Shown piece after piece: positions 12,820 to 25,739 of a stretch of DNA of 64,000 nt. This DNA comes from Octopus sinensis (lineage: Eukaryota). A program made the position numbers and the translations under genes. The notes below the pieces were generated by a model. It saw only the letters and a program-made list of their open reading frames with translations. It was not told where the DNA came from and searched no databases. Position 1 is the stretch's first letter. Each line of letters begins with the position of its first letter. The stretch spans positions 12,834,001 to 12,898,000 of the forward strand of contig NC_043000.1 in the NCBI RefSeq assembly GCF_006345805.1. The letters are read 5' to 3'.

Positions 12820-13150
12820 CTAGCTGGACCCGTGAACTATTCACGGAAAGCATGAAAAATGTAAGCATCTGTAAACGGTGTACTGGTGCCATGAGAAATG
12901 TTTGTATATTATGACCGTCTGCTTTTACGTTCTGAGTGCAAATTCTGCCAAGATTGACTTTGCCTTTCGTCCTTTCAGGATCAATAAATTAAGTATCAGT
13001 TGTGTACGGGGGCCGATCAAATCAACTGGCCCCCCTCCCCCACAAAAAATTCAAGCCTAGAAAAATGTATTGTGACAGTTACAGAATATAGAAAGTAATG
13101 TAACACCAATGACTATTTAATCCAACCAAAATATCCCAGTTACACAAACG
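12820..13150 (-). mobile_element. Helitron-like 3' end carrying a SINE A fragment
   Basis: CTAG terminus and CCGTGAA-CTA-TTCACGG hairpin; homologous to 52696-53275. Confidence 0.6.
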
Positions 13151-13955
13151 TAAATGAAATTACTATTTAACCTTAAAATACGTCGTACATATTCAAAGAA
13201 CCTTAATGTACAAATTGAGAAAGCAATCAGTGGTGACACTGCGTTTAAGTGGGTCAAAGGGCAGATCGCTCGCATCGTCATGTGATATCGGCTGCGTAGT
13301 AAGAAGCTGGCTTCTCAACCACATGGTTCCGGGTTCTTCTATTATAGCCCCGGGCCAACCTTGTAAGTGATTTTGGTAAACAGAAGCTGAAAGAAACCCG
13401 CCGCATATGTGTGTGTGTGTGTGTCTTTGTGTTTGCCCTCCCCCCACCGCCGCTTGACAGTCGGTGTTGGTTTGTATACGCCCCCGTAACTTAACGGTTC
13501 GGCAAAAGGAGACTGATAGAACAAATACTAAGCTTACAAAGTGCCCCAGCACGGCTGCATCTAGTGACTGAAACAAGCAAAAAGAAAAGAAAGATCTGTC
13601 TTACTGTGTCAGTAATCGAAACCGATTCTGAAATTTCCCTGGGCACCGAACTATGTTTTCTGAGGCCCAAGTTCCATTTTGTTCACTGTGGTAATATTGT
13701 CATGTGACATACGCTTTAGTTTAGAAAAGGGCGATATTTTAGAATTAAAAATGTTAATTAGTTAAGGCAGAGTCACCAATGAATATCTTTCTTCTTTAAT
13801 TTTTGTAGTCAAAGACTTCAAAAAACTCTTCCGTAATTAAATTATAATGATCTTTGAGGTGAGAGTATCTATCTTTGAGGGAAAGGTCTACAGATATCAA
13901 TGGATACTTATATATATTTGCAAGTATTTATATGCTAGGCCTCGTGTAAATATGT

Positions 13956-14001
<46 letters not shown>

Positions 14002-14067
14002 ACAGTCGCCATGATAGATCGGTAGCCACTACACACATTTTTTTCTCTTCTTGTTTTTTCTGTGTCC

Positions 14068-14103
14068 CTTTCTGTAGAAGAGCGTAGGCTCGAAACGTAA
14101 AAG
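14068..14103 (+). ncRNA. Hammerhead-like motif with variant core, in a Penelope-type fragment
   Basis: CTTT-CTGTAGA-A-GAGC/GCTC-GAAAC-GTA-AAAG; element 13998-14192 flanked by (TA)n; same tail at 42660-42744. Confidence 0.55.
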
Positions 14104-14191
14104 ACTTTTCTATTCCTGAGCGTTATACTAATACATCTGTTTGTTTTCTACACCACCTGTCTTCGTCTTTTGTTTTTTTCGTGAACTCTTC

Positions 14192-14224
<33 letters not shown>

Positions 14225-14593
14225 CAGGGTGATGCAAAAGTCTGGACCCATAGAGAAATTACAAAAAAGTACTTCTTATCTTTAACATGATTTTCATCAT
14301 ATAATTATCATATCTAACTTTATTTTTCTGTCTTTCAGATCGGTAACTATGGCAGAAAAGCTAATAATTTCAGAAAGAGTAGAACTTGTAAACCGTAAAT
14401 TGTTATATAATAAATTGCCTATGGGTCCACACACGAATTAATATTTATCTCTTTTTATAGAAACAAAAGGGTTAGAAACAAAACAGCAGTTTATTTACCC
14501 TAGAAAATTTGGACTGGTCCACTGATGGGTTTTTCTTTTAAATTATATAAGCTTTTCATAAGAGAAAATTTTGATCTGTGCGTGTCTCCTGTT

Positions 14594-14675
14594 TATCCTG
14601 ATGAGGGTATCATCGCCGTGTTGCACTTTAGTGTAAATAAACTGCGGTGGTGAGCTCCCGAAATGGCCATAGATA
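14594..14675 (+). ncRNA. Type I hammerhead ribozyme with extended stem II
   Basis: TATC-CTGATGA-GGG...CCC-GAAA-TGGCCA-TA-GATA; canonical core, palindromic stem III, AUA cleavage triplet. Confidence 0.8.
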
Positions 14676-15208
14676 TATGTGAATGTTGAATTTGACCTGT
14701 GAAGTCTGCTTATCATGAACTTTTGGACGTACTTGTGTGAGGGAAGTAAAAATTCTTTTTCAAGATGTCTGTGAATTTGACCTGTGGCAACCTGTTTACT
14801 TAAGAAATTTGGACGTACTTGCATGAGGGAAGTAAAAGACTTTTTTCAAATATTTTTTCAAATATTAAAAATGTTTTAAAAATATTTTAATCGTCTGATA
14901 AAACTTTTTTGTCGGTAGACATTTATTTTATATTATTTTATTTTTACCTTTACTTATTTTATATTTGTCTATTAGGTATTTTGGTAGTTTTTGAATTTTT
15001 AGCTGTTTGTATGTAACTTGTTGATAGGCCGTTCTATTTGTATTTTATTCGATTATATATTTTTACCTTCTGTGATTTTATGTATATGTATTATTTTTTA
15101 TGTGTTTGAGAACCATGGTGATTTTTATATATGAATAAATGTTTGAGAGGTAGTGTTGTATGTAAAGTCGTTGACCCAAATTTAATGCCTATTCTATAAC
15201 CAATGTTT

Positions 15209-15262
<54 letters not shown>

Positions 15263-15938
15263 GCATGTATGTATGTATGTGTGTATGTATGTATGTATGT
15301 ATGTATGTATGTATGTATGTATAAAGTACCGTATTTGAGTAGAATTAAGGAATAAGAAATGCATCTAGGAGCCCAATAGCGGGCAGTAATGAGCAGATAG
15401 GGTGTCTTTAGACCTTTTACTATAAACGAAGAATTTATTTCCATGGTAAAACTTCAGTGCAATTTCCTTTAGAATTTGAAGTATGTCCCAAACACATTTG
15501 AACCAATTCTTCCCTGTGTTTGTGAAAATTTTGTATCTCTGCCGTAAGGCTTTATTTCCACCGCGCCAGCTTAATTCAATTCATCTTTAGACGAAAGACA
15601 CCTGTTGTTATGTTCTGTTATTATTTTTATTGCATTTATTATTGTATTTATATTTGTGTAACTTTGTCCGTTTTTTCCGCCCTCGCTTTTGTATACATTC
15701 GCTGCTTTCTTCCAAGGAACCTGATGCTCTTAGCTTAGTTTTTCCTTGGGGTTGACCAGATTGGAGCAATCTCAAGAATAATCAGCCGAAATTGCGAGGA
15801 TAATCTGATGCTTGACTGAGGATAGACAACTTCGAATGGCCCGTCCTTGTTTTCCTTGTATCGTCTACCTGGATGTTTTGTTGTCCCTTTTTGTATCACC
15901 TAGATGTCTGGATGTTTACGTTTTTGTCCCATTTTGTA

Positions 15939-16000
<62 letters not shown>

Positions 16001-16606
16001 GACGCGGGAACTCAAATTTGAGTGTCTGAGTAACACTTTACAGTTTAATCAGAGCCTCAAACATGAAGTGCAATTTATTGGGGAAAACAAATACATTTTC
16101 CACCGCATCCTATAGCGGAAACAGCCGTAAGGTAATGAAGTTCATAAGATAATCGGTTATTTCTTTTTCTGATGTGTGTGTGTGTGTGTGTATGTGTGTA
16201 TATGTGCGTGTGTGTGTGTGCTTGTATATATATATATATGTATGGATGTATGTGTGTGTGTGTGTTCGGTTTTGCATATGGAAGAAAGAAAACTCAACAC
16301 ATTAAACAGTGTATATATATTTATATATATAACTTTATTTTTATTGCCGGAGAATACTACTGGAGTTAGTCTGGGGAACTAAAGGATCGTAACAATTTAC
16401 GTTTCAATCATTGTAAAGTGCTTCGATACGGAACTCCAGTTCCCTGAGTAACTCTTGTAGCAGTCTCAGTTAAAAACAATGTAGACACACGCACACACAC
16501 GCGCACACACACACACACACACGCACGCACACACGCACGCATGCATATACATATACACACAAACAGAGACGAACACATATTTATAAAAGTCCAAGATCAT
16601 CTAAAA

Positions 16607-17667
16607 CAGTGGTTCTCAACCATTTATGCCACCCCCCTCCATTTAATTACTATTTTATTCCTGTGAAACCCCATAGAAATTCGATGTTTAAAGGTAGCTT
16701 TAATTTTTTTTTTACAGCTGGACCTCTTCCTGTCAGGTGTCCCAGATGAACCAACTTCGCGGCAGGAGGCGCAGATGAAGGCAGCTGCATCAAACTCTCT
16801 CATGCACCAAATGTCAATTGCTAAAATGCATTCGTGAAGTAAAATCATGTAGCAACACCAAATGGCGGTGCCCCAGCATGGCCACAGCTCGTGAGCTGAA
16901 ACCAGATGAAATAAAAATAAAAATAAAAAATATATATATTGTTTTCAAAATCCTTATTTTCTTTTTCACACGTTTACTTGTATAAGTTCGCAATAACACT
17001 CACTGAGCGAACATGTTTCAATGGTTGGAAACTCGTGGGATCTTTTCGGTTTGAACGGCAGTTTTTAACATAATTTCTAGGTAACTAAAAAATTTAAACT
17101 TCGTATACTGGTAGAATGTGTTTATAAAACATCTTTTTCTTTTGGGTTTATTGAGAAAATTCTATAGTTTGTAAGATATTTGTTGTTTTTTTTTTCTTCA
17201 ATTTCTGCAATTTCAACCAATCAGTGACGTCTATTGAGTTAAAAAGCATTCTGTGCCGTATGAATATTTTCCTCGTTTAAGAAACAGATTGGGTTTATTT
17301 ACATTTGTGAAGAAAAAAAGATACCCTTCCCTCCACCCCTAACCCTAACCCTAACTAACCCTAACCCTAAAATAGATTGAAATGCAATAGATCGATTCTA
17401 GGGTCATAATTATGAGTGAGAATTTCATATGACACCGCTAGAAAAAACTGCCGTTCAAACCGAAAAGATCCAACTCGTGAAACAATGTGAAATATTAGAA
17501 GAACGACCTAACTGTTTCTTACGATAAATACATCTACAGTAAAGCATTTTTTTCATGTGCCGTAAAATACGACTGTGGATCGTCAGTTAACTATTTTGCT
17601 TGCGTGAACCCCCCAAATTTCTATATGGACCCCTAGGGCCCAAACGGACCCCAGTTGAGAACCATTA
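16607..17667. mobile_element. hAT-like non-autonomous element with nested insertions
   Basis: CAGTGGTTCTCAAC ... GTTGAGAACCATTA; imperfect 8-bp TSD ATCTAAAA/ATCTTAAA. Confidence 0.7.
17038..17471. mobile_element. Merlin-like MITE with internal (CCCTAA)n
   Basis: TIR GGATCTTTTCGGTTTGAACGGCAGTTTTT; perfect 8-bp TSD AACTCGTG; superfamily call rests on GG..CC termini plus TSD length. Confidence 0.8.
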
Positions 17668-17852
17668 ATCTTAAATGTTTACTCATGCGTTTACGAGCAA
17701 CGCCTTACACGCAGTCTTAACTCCCAGATAATAAATCACAATTATTGGTGATGAGTATTACATCGTAGTTTTAATTGTCACTGTCCTCTGTGCGAGCGCG
17801 TGTGTTTGTGTGTGTGTGTGTCTGTGCGTCTGTGTATGTGTGTGTGTGTGGT

Positions 17853-17997
17853 TCACATGCATGTCTTCATGCCACTCTTCAGTTCAGGTCTGTTGTCTGT
17901 GTAGACATAGGAGAGTATTTCAAACAATTTCGCGTCTCTTCGTCTTAGATTATCTCGAGCATCCATTTCCGTTGAGCACAGCGCTGTCTGGTTACAC
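17853..17997 (-). CDS. M34/ATLF-like zinc metallopeptidase terminal coding exon
   Basis: TTTTTTCCAG| then CNQTALCSTEMDARDNLRRRDAKLFEILSYVYTDNRPELKSGMKTCM*; phase 2 fits the previous exon. Confidence 0.88.
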
Positions 17998-18108
17998 CTG
18001 GAAAAAACGAGATCATTCTTAGTGGCTGTTATTATTGTTTTGTACCATAACGCCCTGATTGAATCGACTCACGATCAAATTATTCCCCTCTTGACCATTG
18101 TCCCTGCC

Positions 18109-18151
<43 letters not shown>

Positions 18152-18156
<5 letters not shown>

Positions 18157-18438
18157 TAGTTTTATTTTTATAGCGTGCTTTCACTTCACTACCGAGCGCA
18201 GCTCTGTGTGCCTTGGGTATGTGCTGTGATTTGTTGTGATGCTCTGATGGTTATTGTATGGAAAGTGTTCTGCGTAGGATGTGTGCAGTGCCTAGTAGTG
18301 CAATTTTCTGTATGTTATATGTGTTTGTAAGTCCTGGTGTTTTTGTTATGTATTTGTCTGAATATTTTTTTATCATGCCTAATGCACCTACTATGATAGG
18401 AATTGTTTCTGTCTTTAGATTCCACATTCTGGTTACCT
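18152..18438 (-). mobile_element. RLE-type (R4/Dong-like) LINE 3' fragment in (TAA)n
   Basis: WNLKTETIPIIVGALGMIKK...IQKIALLGTAHILRRTL*; second copy at 28292-28478. Confidence 0.8.
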
Positions 18439-19319
18439 CTTATTATTATTATTATTATTACTATGTGAGAGAGCAGTGCATGCCATCAAAGTGGGGTAAA
18501 CTATACGAAGCCCAGTATACCCACCATGACTACCCGTCTGATAAGGCACATGCATCACAGCCATGCGTGTGCGACATGGTGATCTCATATCAAGATAAAC
18601 AGCACATGACCTTACAGGTAGGGTCCAGTTAGAATTTTCTTCTGGTCGAGTAGCCCATCCCGCTCAAAAGGTCCCTGAATAAGGATTGTTTAAGGATGTT
18701 GAACGAACCACCCATTAAATTATATGTAATACGTTAAATCCCTTTATAAAAATAATAATAAAGCATATAGTATAATTTAATTTCTCATTATTGAAACGAA
18801 AAAGAAGAATATTTAATCAGTTTTGTGTAAATATGATGAAATTCCCCTGTCATTTTATTTATCCCTTCAGGGCATGATGTTAACTCACAAACATGTTTCT
18901 CCTCATGCATTTAGCATTACACCCTGAAGGGATGAACAAAATGACGGACCTTTCATCATATTTACACGAAACTGTTTGATTAAATATTCTTCTTTTTCCT
19001 TTTCTTTTTTTCTTTCTTTTTTCTTTTTGCCAGTTGTCAACTTGAAAATTGAAGACTGACGACATCATTCTATTAATGTGGGAACACTGGTTGCCCTCGT
19101 TCAAATTTTAAATTTGAATTTCTATAATTTTGAATTTCTATGTATCACTTTTCATTCTGAACTCGACAAAGACAGGCAAGTTGTTGAAATATCGTTCAAC
19201 CAATAAAATATCTAATGCAATCGCATCACACTCTTCGTATTGTCTATTAATCTTTGTGAGGCGTTACGTCAATATCTTTAAAATATTATTATTATTATTT
19301 TATTATTACTATTATTGTT

Positions 19320-19680
19320 TTACTTCTCAGAGCGTTCGGTCTTGTTTGCTCCGGTAGATTATGTGAGAGCGGACATTCAACATCCAAGTACCGATCTCAA
19401 AATCCTAGTTGTCCCCAGCAGAGCAATTTTGGGGTCTTGCTCTGCTCTCATATCAATTTCGATTTCTCTGACATATTTCTCGAACTTGGTTGTTAGTGCT
19501 CTGAGTGCCCCTACAATTACTGAGATGACAGACACTCTCTTCATAGCCCACATTCTTGCAATTTCGTCTTCTAGAAGTCTGTACTTTTCAATCTTATCTA
19601 GTTCTTTGTCACTTATGTGTGCATCCCCAGGTATTGTAATATCTATAATCTTGGTTTCCTTTTTTCCTTTATCTATCACA
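19320..19680 (-). mobile_element. RLE-type (R4/Dong-like) LINE 3' fragment in (TAA)n
   Basis: IIDITIPGD...KELDKIEKYRLL..EIARMW...VIVGAL...KIALLGTTRILR. Confidence 0.82.
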
Positions 19681-19681
19681 A

Positions 19682-19732
<51 letters not shown>

Positions 19733-19879
19733 ACGGTGAGCTGGCAGAATCGTTAGCATGCCGGACAAAATGCTTAACGTTCTGAGTTCAAATTCCGGCG
19801 AGGTCGACTTTGCTTCTCATCCTTTCGGCGTCGATAAAATAAGTATCACTGGAGCACTGATCGATATAGGAAAACCATC

Positions 19880-19913
<34 letters not shown>

Positions 19914-20123
19914 TGTGTGTGCGTGTGCGTGCGTGTGCGTGCGTGTGTGTGTGTGGAATAAATACTTTAGTGTGCGGTCACACATACGCGTGTAATTCTC
20001 TGACGAGGAACTTATTCGGGATTTACAGTCAGAAATTAATGTCTTTCTTGGTCCTAAAGCGGAATTTTAATATTTGCGATACAGTTGTAGCAATGGTGTA
20101 TATTTATAACGTTATATACTTAC

Positions 20124-20272
20124 ATGTTCATTTTACCAGCAGCGTACGTGAGCAAATTAGATCGAAAAAAGGCCCCAGTACCTTCTGCCCAATATTCTTG
20201 GGCATTGCTCATAGCATAGGCCTTCAGTTCCCAAATACTATTCTTTTTAGCATATTGGTAAGCTTCGTAAAT
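20124..20272 (-). CDS. M34/ATLF-like zinc metallopeptidase exon carrying third zinc ligand
   Basis: TTTCAG|...|GTAAGT; IYEAYQYAKKNSIWELKAYAMSNAQEYWAEGTGAFFRSNLLTYAAGKMN(M); absent from the ORF track. Confidence 0.92.
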
Positions 20273-20478
20273 CTGAAATGATAAGTAAGATCTATGTCAA
20301 GGGGAAAAGGGAAAATATATAAAAAAGATGAAAAATAGTGAGAAATATTAAAAAATAATTATGTAATTTTGATTAATCTTTCAGTCAATGAATCAATCAG
20401 TCAGTCAGTCAGTCAGTCAGTCAGTCAGTCAGTCACTCACTCACTCACTCACTCACTCACTCACTCACTCACTCAATT

Positions 20479-20513
<35 letters not shown>

Positions 20514-21338
20514 TAATCAATCAATCAATCAGTTAGGTTTGTCAAAGTGCTTTCGTTATTCTCTATTTTAGGTCTGCTTCAAGTCTTTTTGTCAGTCTCA
20601 GTCATGTATCATCCATGAAAATCAAATGTTTCTGTCACTCACTCACTCACCGTCATTCACGTTAAAATAACCGGACATAATTGATAGACAAGCAATTTAT
20701 AGGTGAGATTCTTCCATTAATCTGGTGCGCAGCACAACACTGAATAGGCGGTTCAGACATCTTCGGGGGCAACTGAGAATCATCGTTATCTTGTTCAATG
20801 AAAAACCTACCAAAGGCCGTTTATGTACAGGTCAGTAGCTGTGTACCACCAGCCTGTGGGATCTGCGTAGGTGATTACCTCTCTAAAGTTTGGCAAAGAA
20901 AACATCCTCTTCCCTACGCAGAAAACGGCATGCATTTCATAACAGCAGAGACATTTTTAAAAAAATGGTTAGTAATGTTTGTGCAGAATTTAAGTCGAGA
21001 ACAACTTGCTCAACATTGCGACTGCTCTCATCATCAGAACAAAGGAGATCCAAGACAAGTCAAGACAAGATATCAGTCTCAGCGTTGTTAGAGAGTTTTA
21101 GATCAGAATTACTTCATCCAGGGACAAGCTTTAAGGAAATATGAGGCGTTCTTCACTCCCTGCCGTTTACATACACACATACATACAGATAGGCAGACAT
21201 TCATACATGCATGCATACATACATACAAATACATACATATTTTTATGTGTGTGTATGTGTGCGTGTGTATGTGTTAAGAAAACTCGATACTGTCACAATA
21301 TTTGGAAATATATATATATATACACGTATATATATGTA

Positions 21339-21406
<68 letters not shown>

Positions 21407-21424
21407 TATATATTATATATATAT

Positions 21425-23440
21425 AAAAAGAGCAATAAAGATTCAAGTTAATTTTAAAAAATTTACTTGAATATGGTACCTAACTTAGATGCACCAAAAA
21501 AACTATACTGATTTAACAATACAGTAATGTGGGGTGATTATAAGCGAGAAAGAAGCAACAAGAATGGATAGGTTTTTAGTACGATCGTTTCATACAAGGA
21601 CAGGTTTTATTAAAAGTTGCAAAGATTACAGCATATAAACGAGTCCCGTACTCATCAGCTAAAATACATGTAAGTTCTCTAGACATCCTAGTGTTTGAGG
21701 CTATACTCATGAAGTAATGTAGATAATTAAACAGATTTCTAAAGTTCATTAAAGTTCTTTAAAGATGATGTACAGTCTTATCACTGAATTTTAAAAAAGT
21801 TTTGATAGCATCACAGAGAAGGTGACCTAATCCATATGAATTTCCATAGATATGATGAGGGATTATATACTCACAGAAGACAAATTTATCCATTGTTAAT
21901 TACAACGAGGTGGGTCTCAATTCCTGCTTATTAGCATTACAGAGAGGGTGAATTAATCCTTTGTATATATGCACAGATTCCAATGGTGTAGATGTAAATT
22001 TCCAGAGAAATGGAGATGAATTTCATATTCACAGGCGATAAATTTTACAATGGTTGAACACAATGAGGTAGGTATCAATCCTTGTTATATGATTAGGTGT
22101 TTGCCATATTAATCACATTACTGCTATTCACAAGAGGCTGTAGCTATTTAACTCTTAAAGGCTGAAGGGCTTACTAGATCGGCCAAGAATAGAGAAGGGA
22201 ATAGAAGAAAAGAGAGAAAATAATGGAGGAGGGAGCAAAAAGGGGGGGAAAGGGGGACTAAAAGAGAAGAGAAAAGGAAACAGAGAATAAGAAGAAGAAA
22301 AAGAAAAAGAGAAAAGAGAAAGAAATAGGGAAAGAAGGGAAAAAAAGAAAAAGAAAAAAAGAGGGTTCTAGTTATACAGAAGAGCTAGTAGACTGTAAGT
22401 CTGGTTTTAATCAACAGGCATCTAGGAACTAGAGGGGAATATTATTCTTTGACCAGTAAACCGTTAATTTATTGCTGTTGAAATCAGCTATGAGTTTAAA
22501 GAGAATCTAAAGAGATAACACAGTCAGGGGTTAAGGGGTCAGATGCTAAAATCACCAGAAAATACATTAGGAAAATCTAAGTATAATCTTATCAAAAAGT
22601 CATTAAAAATTTACTTATTTAACTTATTCATTTTATTGTCTTAAGGAGTTGTCGTTATTATTCATACATTGACTGACTACAGGTCAAATCTTATAAGATC
22701 ATTTACAAGGTGTTAGGGGATTGTCTATCATAATGAAGACAATCATATTATCACCGAGGGAATAGCCTTATTTATTTAATTATGAAATAGAATTATGGGG
22801 CTACAGTAACTAATTATAATTTATTAGAGTTATGCTATTTAAATTAGATTAAGTTAGGAATTAAAATTAAATATTGCAATTAAGATTTAAAATTAAGAAT
22901 TTAAAAATTGTGAGTTTGAAATTAAATAAAGCCTCAATTAAGTAGCGAATAAGTACTATTCATTTCCCTGTTCTCAAAAAACTGATGCAGATATAAGGAA
23001 AAAGATAAAGGTAACTGTAATGTGAGAACTCTTAGTTATCTACTTAAAGCAGTGCTATACTAGTAGAAATCAAGTTATATCTATCTATCTAGTTATGAAT
23101 ATTCCAATCATTTAAAATATTTTAAAGTCTTCAATTTAGCGTGGACACAAACTTGACCTAGTTCGATATGGTTATTCAATAAGTTTCTATGTTTACTATG
23201 CTTTAGAATTTCGTACGTCTCCATGGAGCATAGTTGACAACCAACCCTACTATTTTTATACGGAATTGCTCTCCTAACTATTTCCCAATTAAGGGTATAA
23301 TTTTTGTTATTATTTTTGAGTTCCCAGATTTTGTTTGAAAGTGTGGTGGTACCAGCTTTATGACGTAATTTAAAAGTCGAGATGTGATTTCTAACTCTGG
23401 CTAAAAAATTAATTGTACAGCCAATGTAAAAATATTTGTT
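21425..23440 (-). mobile_element. 5'-truncated Penelope-like element (GIY-YIG endonuclease end, long 3' region, hammerhead) in (TA)n
   Basis: 23437-23108 reads KYFYIGCTINFLARVRNHISTFK...TTLSNKIWELK...WEIVRRA..Y....CQLCSME...LLNNHIELGQVCVH...* with no internal stop; (TA)n on both sides. Confidence 0.88.
21574..21664 (-). ncRNA. Type I hammerhead ribozyme of the Penelope-like element
   Basis: TTTTAG-CTGATGA-GTACGGGAC...GTCCTTGTAT-GAAAC-GATC-GTA-CTAAAA; 6-bp stem I, palindromic ACGATCGT stem III, GUA site. Confidence 0.85.
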
Positions 23441-23816
23441 ATATATATATATATGAATATATATGTATATATATATACATATACATATGTATATAAAACA
23501 TATATATGTATATGTGTATTGCGTGTGTATGTTTGTGTGTCTGTATTTGTCTCTCCACTATCGCTTGACAACCGATGCTGGTGTGTTTACGTCCCCCATA
23601 ACTTAGCGGTTCGGCGAAAGAGAACGATAGAAGAAGTACTAGGCTTACAAAGAATAAGTCCTAGAGTCGATTTGCTCGACTAAAGGGTGATGCCCCAGCA
23701 TGGCCGCAGTCAAATGATCGAAATAAGTAAAAGAATGAAAGAAATACACACACATATACATACATATATATGAGCATGTATATGTGTATGTATATATATA
23801 TTTATATATGCACACA

Positions 23817-23865
<49 letters not shown>

Positions 23866-24559
23866 TGTATACGCGCACACACACACATAGATATGGAAGT
23901 CGGCTTGTCACGTCACCATGAGCTGTAATCCCAGAAATTCATTAATAGTGAAACTAGAAATATGTTTACATATATCGAACTTAATTTCATAAGCCTTCAG
24001 CAATGTTATGATTGTTAGCAAGCTAACAGGGGACTTTAGTGAAGGAGAAACTGCCGAGGTTAGAAACTTATTAATGTCCATGATCTTTGAATCTTCAAAC
24101 CACGCAAGATATTGTCTATCTGGCGTCTGAGTGACAGCATAACGGATAATAGCATATTTATGTATGTAGAAGTTCTCAGTCATTTAATCATTTCAGATCC
24201 AAGGTTAAAGCAGGGTTAGTTCACAGGTTAATAATCTAATAATTTGATGGAGATGTTTGTCATTAAAAGGAAGATAATTACTCGGACAATGTTGGTACCG
24301 CGTTTTACAAACCAATTGACATATTGACCCGGTTATGTATGTATGTATGTATATGCATGCATGAATGCATGTATGTATGTATGTATGTATGTATGTATGT
24401 ATGTATGTATGTATGTAGTATGTATGTATGTGTGTGTATGTATTATGTATGTGTGTGTATGTATGTATGTATGTATGTATGTATGTATGTATGTATGTAT
24501 GTATGTGTATGTATTATGTATGTGTGTGTGTGTGTGCGTGCGTGCATGCATGTATGTCG

Positions 24560-25232
24560 TTATTCAGTTTTCTTTCAAACCTTCTTGTCAATAAAGAGCC
24601 GGTTTCTAACATAGATCCAAGGCTCCTTCATTGGAATTTCAACAAGTCAACAGGGTATTTTTGTATGTATGTATGTATGTATGTATGTATGTATGTATGT
24701 ATGTATGTATGTATGTATGTATGCATGCATGCATGTATGTATGTATGTATTTATGTTTGCAGATTTATATGTTTTTTTTATGTATGTATTCTTATGCATA
24801 TTGTTGCATGTCTAGACATCCTCGTATATACTTAAATGGCAAACTTCTGGAAAATTTTACAGATATTTACAGTTCCAGTGATCGATTGAACCTGTAGTCT
24901 TCTAATCAGCTTTCTCCTTTCTGGTTTTGAGAAGTCTAATTTCTCAAGATTGGTATTTAGGCAGTGTGTTACACATCCTAGTGCCCCAATAATTACAGGT
25001 ATAAATCTGTACTTGTAATCTGGAAAGATTAGCTTTAGATTCCTCAATAGTTCCGCGTAGATGTTTTCCTTTCCGTTAATCTTTAGCCTTATGTTAACAT
25101 CCACAGGCAGCTGATTTCCACAACTGTACACAGTTTCTCTTCCATATCCTAAATTACTCTGTCAGGTCTATTAAGTTTACATCTTATTGAGGTTTTCATT
25201 GGGACATTCCACCAATACACCTTTTTATCATG
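24560..25232 (-). mobile_element. RLE-type LINE 3' fragment in (CATA)n
   Basis: WWNVPMKT..KLNRPD...VDVNI..K...KENIY..L...FIPVIIGALG. Confidence 0.78.
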
Positions 25233-25234
25233 AA

Positions 25235-25628
25235 CTAGCAGTATCGCCCGGCGTTGCTCGGGTTTGTTTCGACCCTTTAGAATTGGAATTTTTGAAAAGT
25301 AAAAATTTTGCATTATGCAACTTCTTATTCTCTTTAAGTGAACATTTTTCTGGTTGAAATACACCTAAAAATGGCGACACAGCAGTAAAAAAATCGTAAA
25401 AAATAGGGATTTTCATAGAAAAGAAGCACCTTTTTGATGTAAATAATTTTTGGTGTTAACATGGTCCGATTTGAATTTTTTCTTCTACGGAAGGAAGAGC
25501 AAGCCTTCTTCTATCATACTCTCAATTTTGGTCAACTTGCGCCGCAAGGTCTCGGAAGAGATAGTGTTAATTGAAGGCTACCAAACCTGCCATACACAGA
25601 CAACTTCAGCTTTATATATAGAGAGAGA
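25235..25628 (-). mobile_element. Non-autonomous Helitron
   Basis: 5' TC(TC)n-TATATA end; 3' CCCGAGCAACGCCGGG hairpin plus CTAG|T, identical to the 45410 and 46202 copies. Confidence 0.8.
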
Positions 25629-25739
25629 CTAGCTTAAGAGCAGCACTCCGTGCGAACTTTTAAACTAGATCCTGCGGAGGGCTAATTGAATGAGTAAGGA
25701 GAGCTAAATAGCATGACTATTATACGTCTACAATGACTA

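Noticed and set aside
18830-18930. C/D-box snoRNA (ATGATGA...CTGA)
   Set aside because: Boxes are by-products of an inverted repeat and lie antisense to the host intron
20798-21144. Plus-strand ORFs of 97 and 84 aa
   Set aside because: No recognisable motif or convincing splice sites; probably decayed repeat
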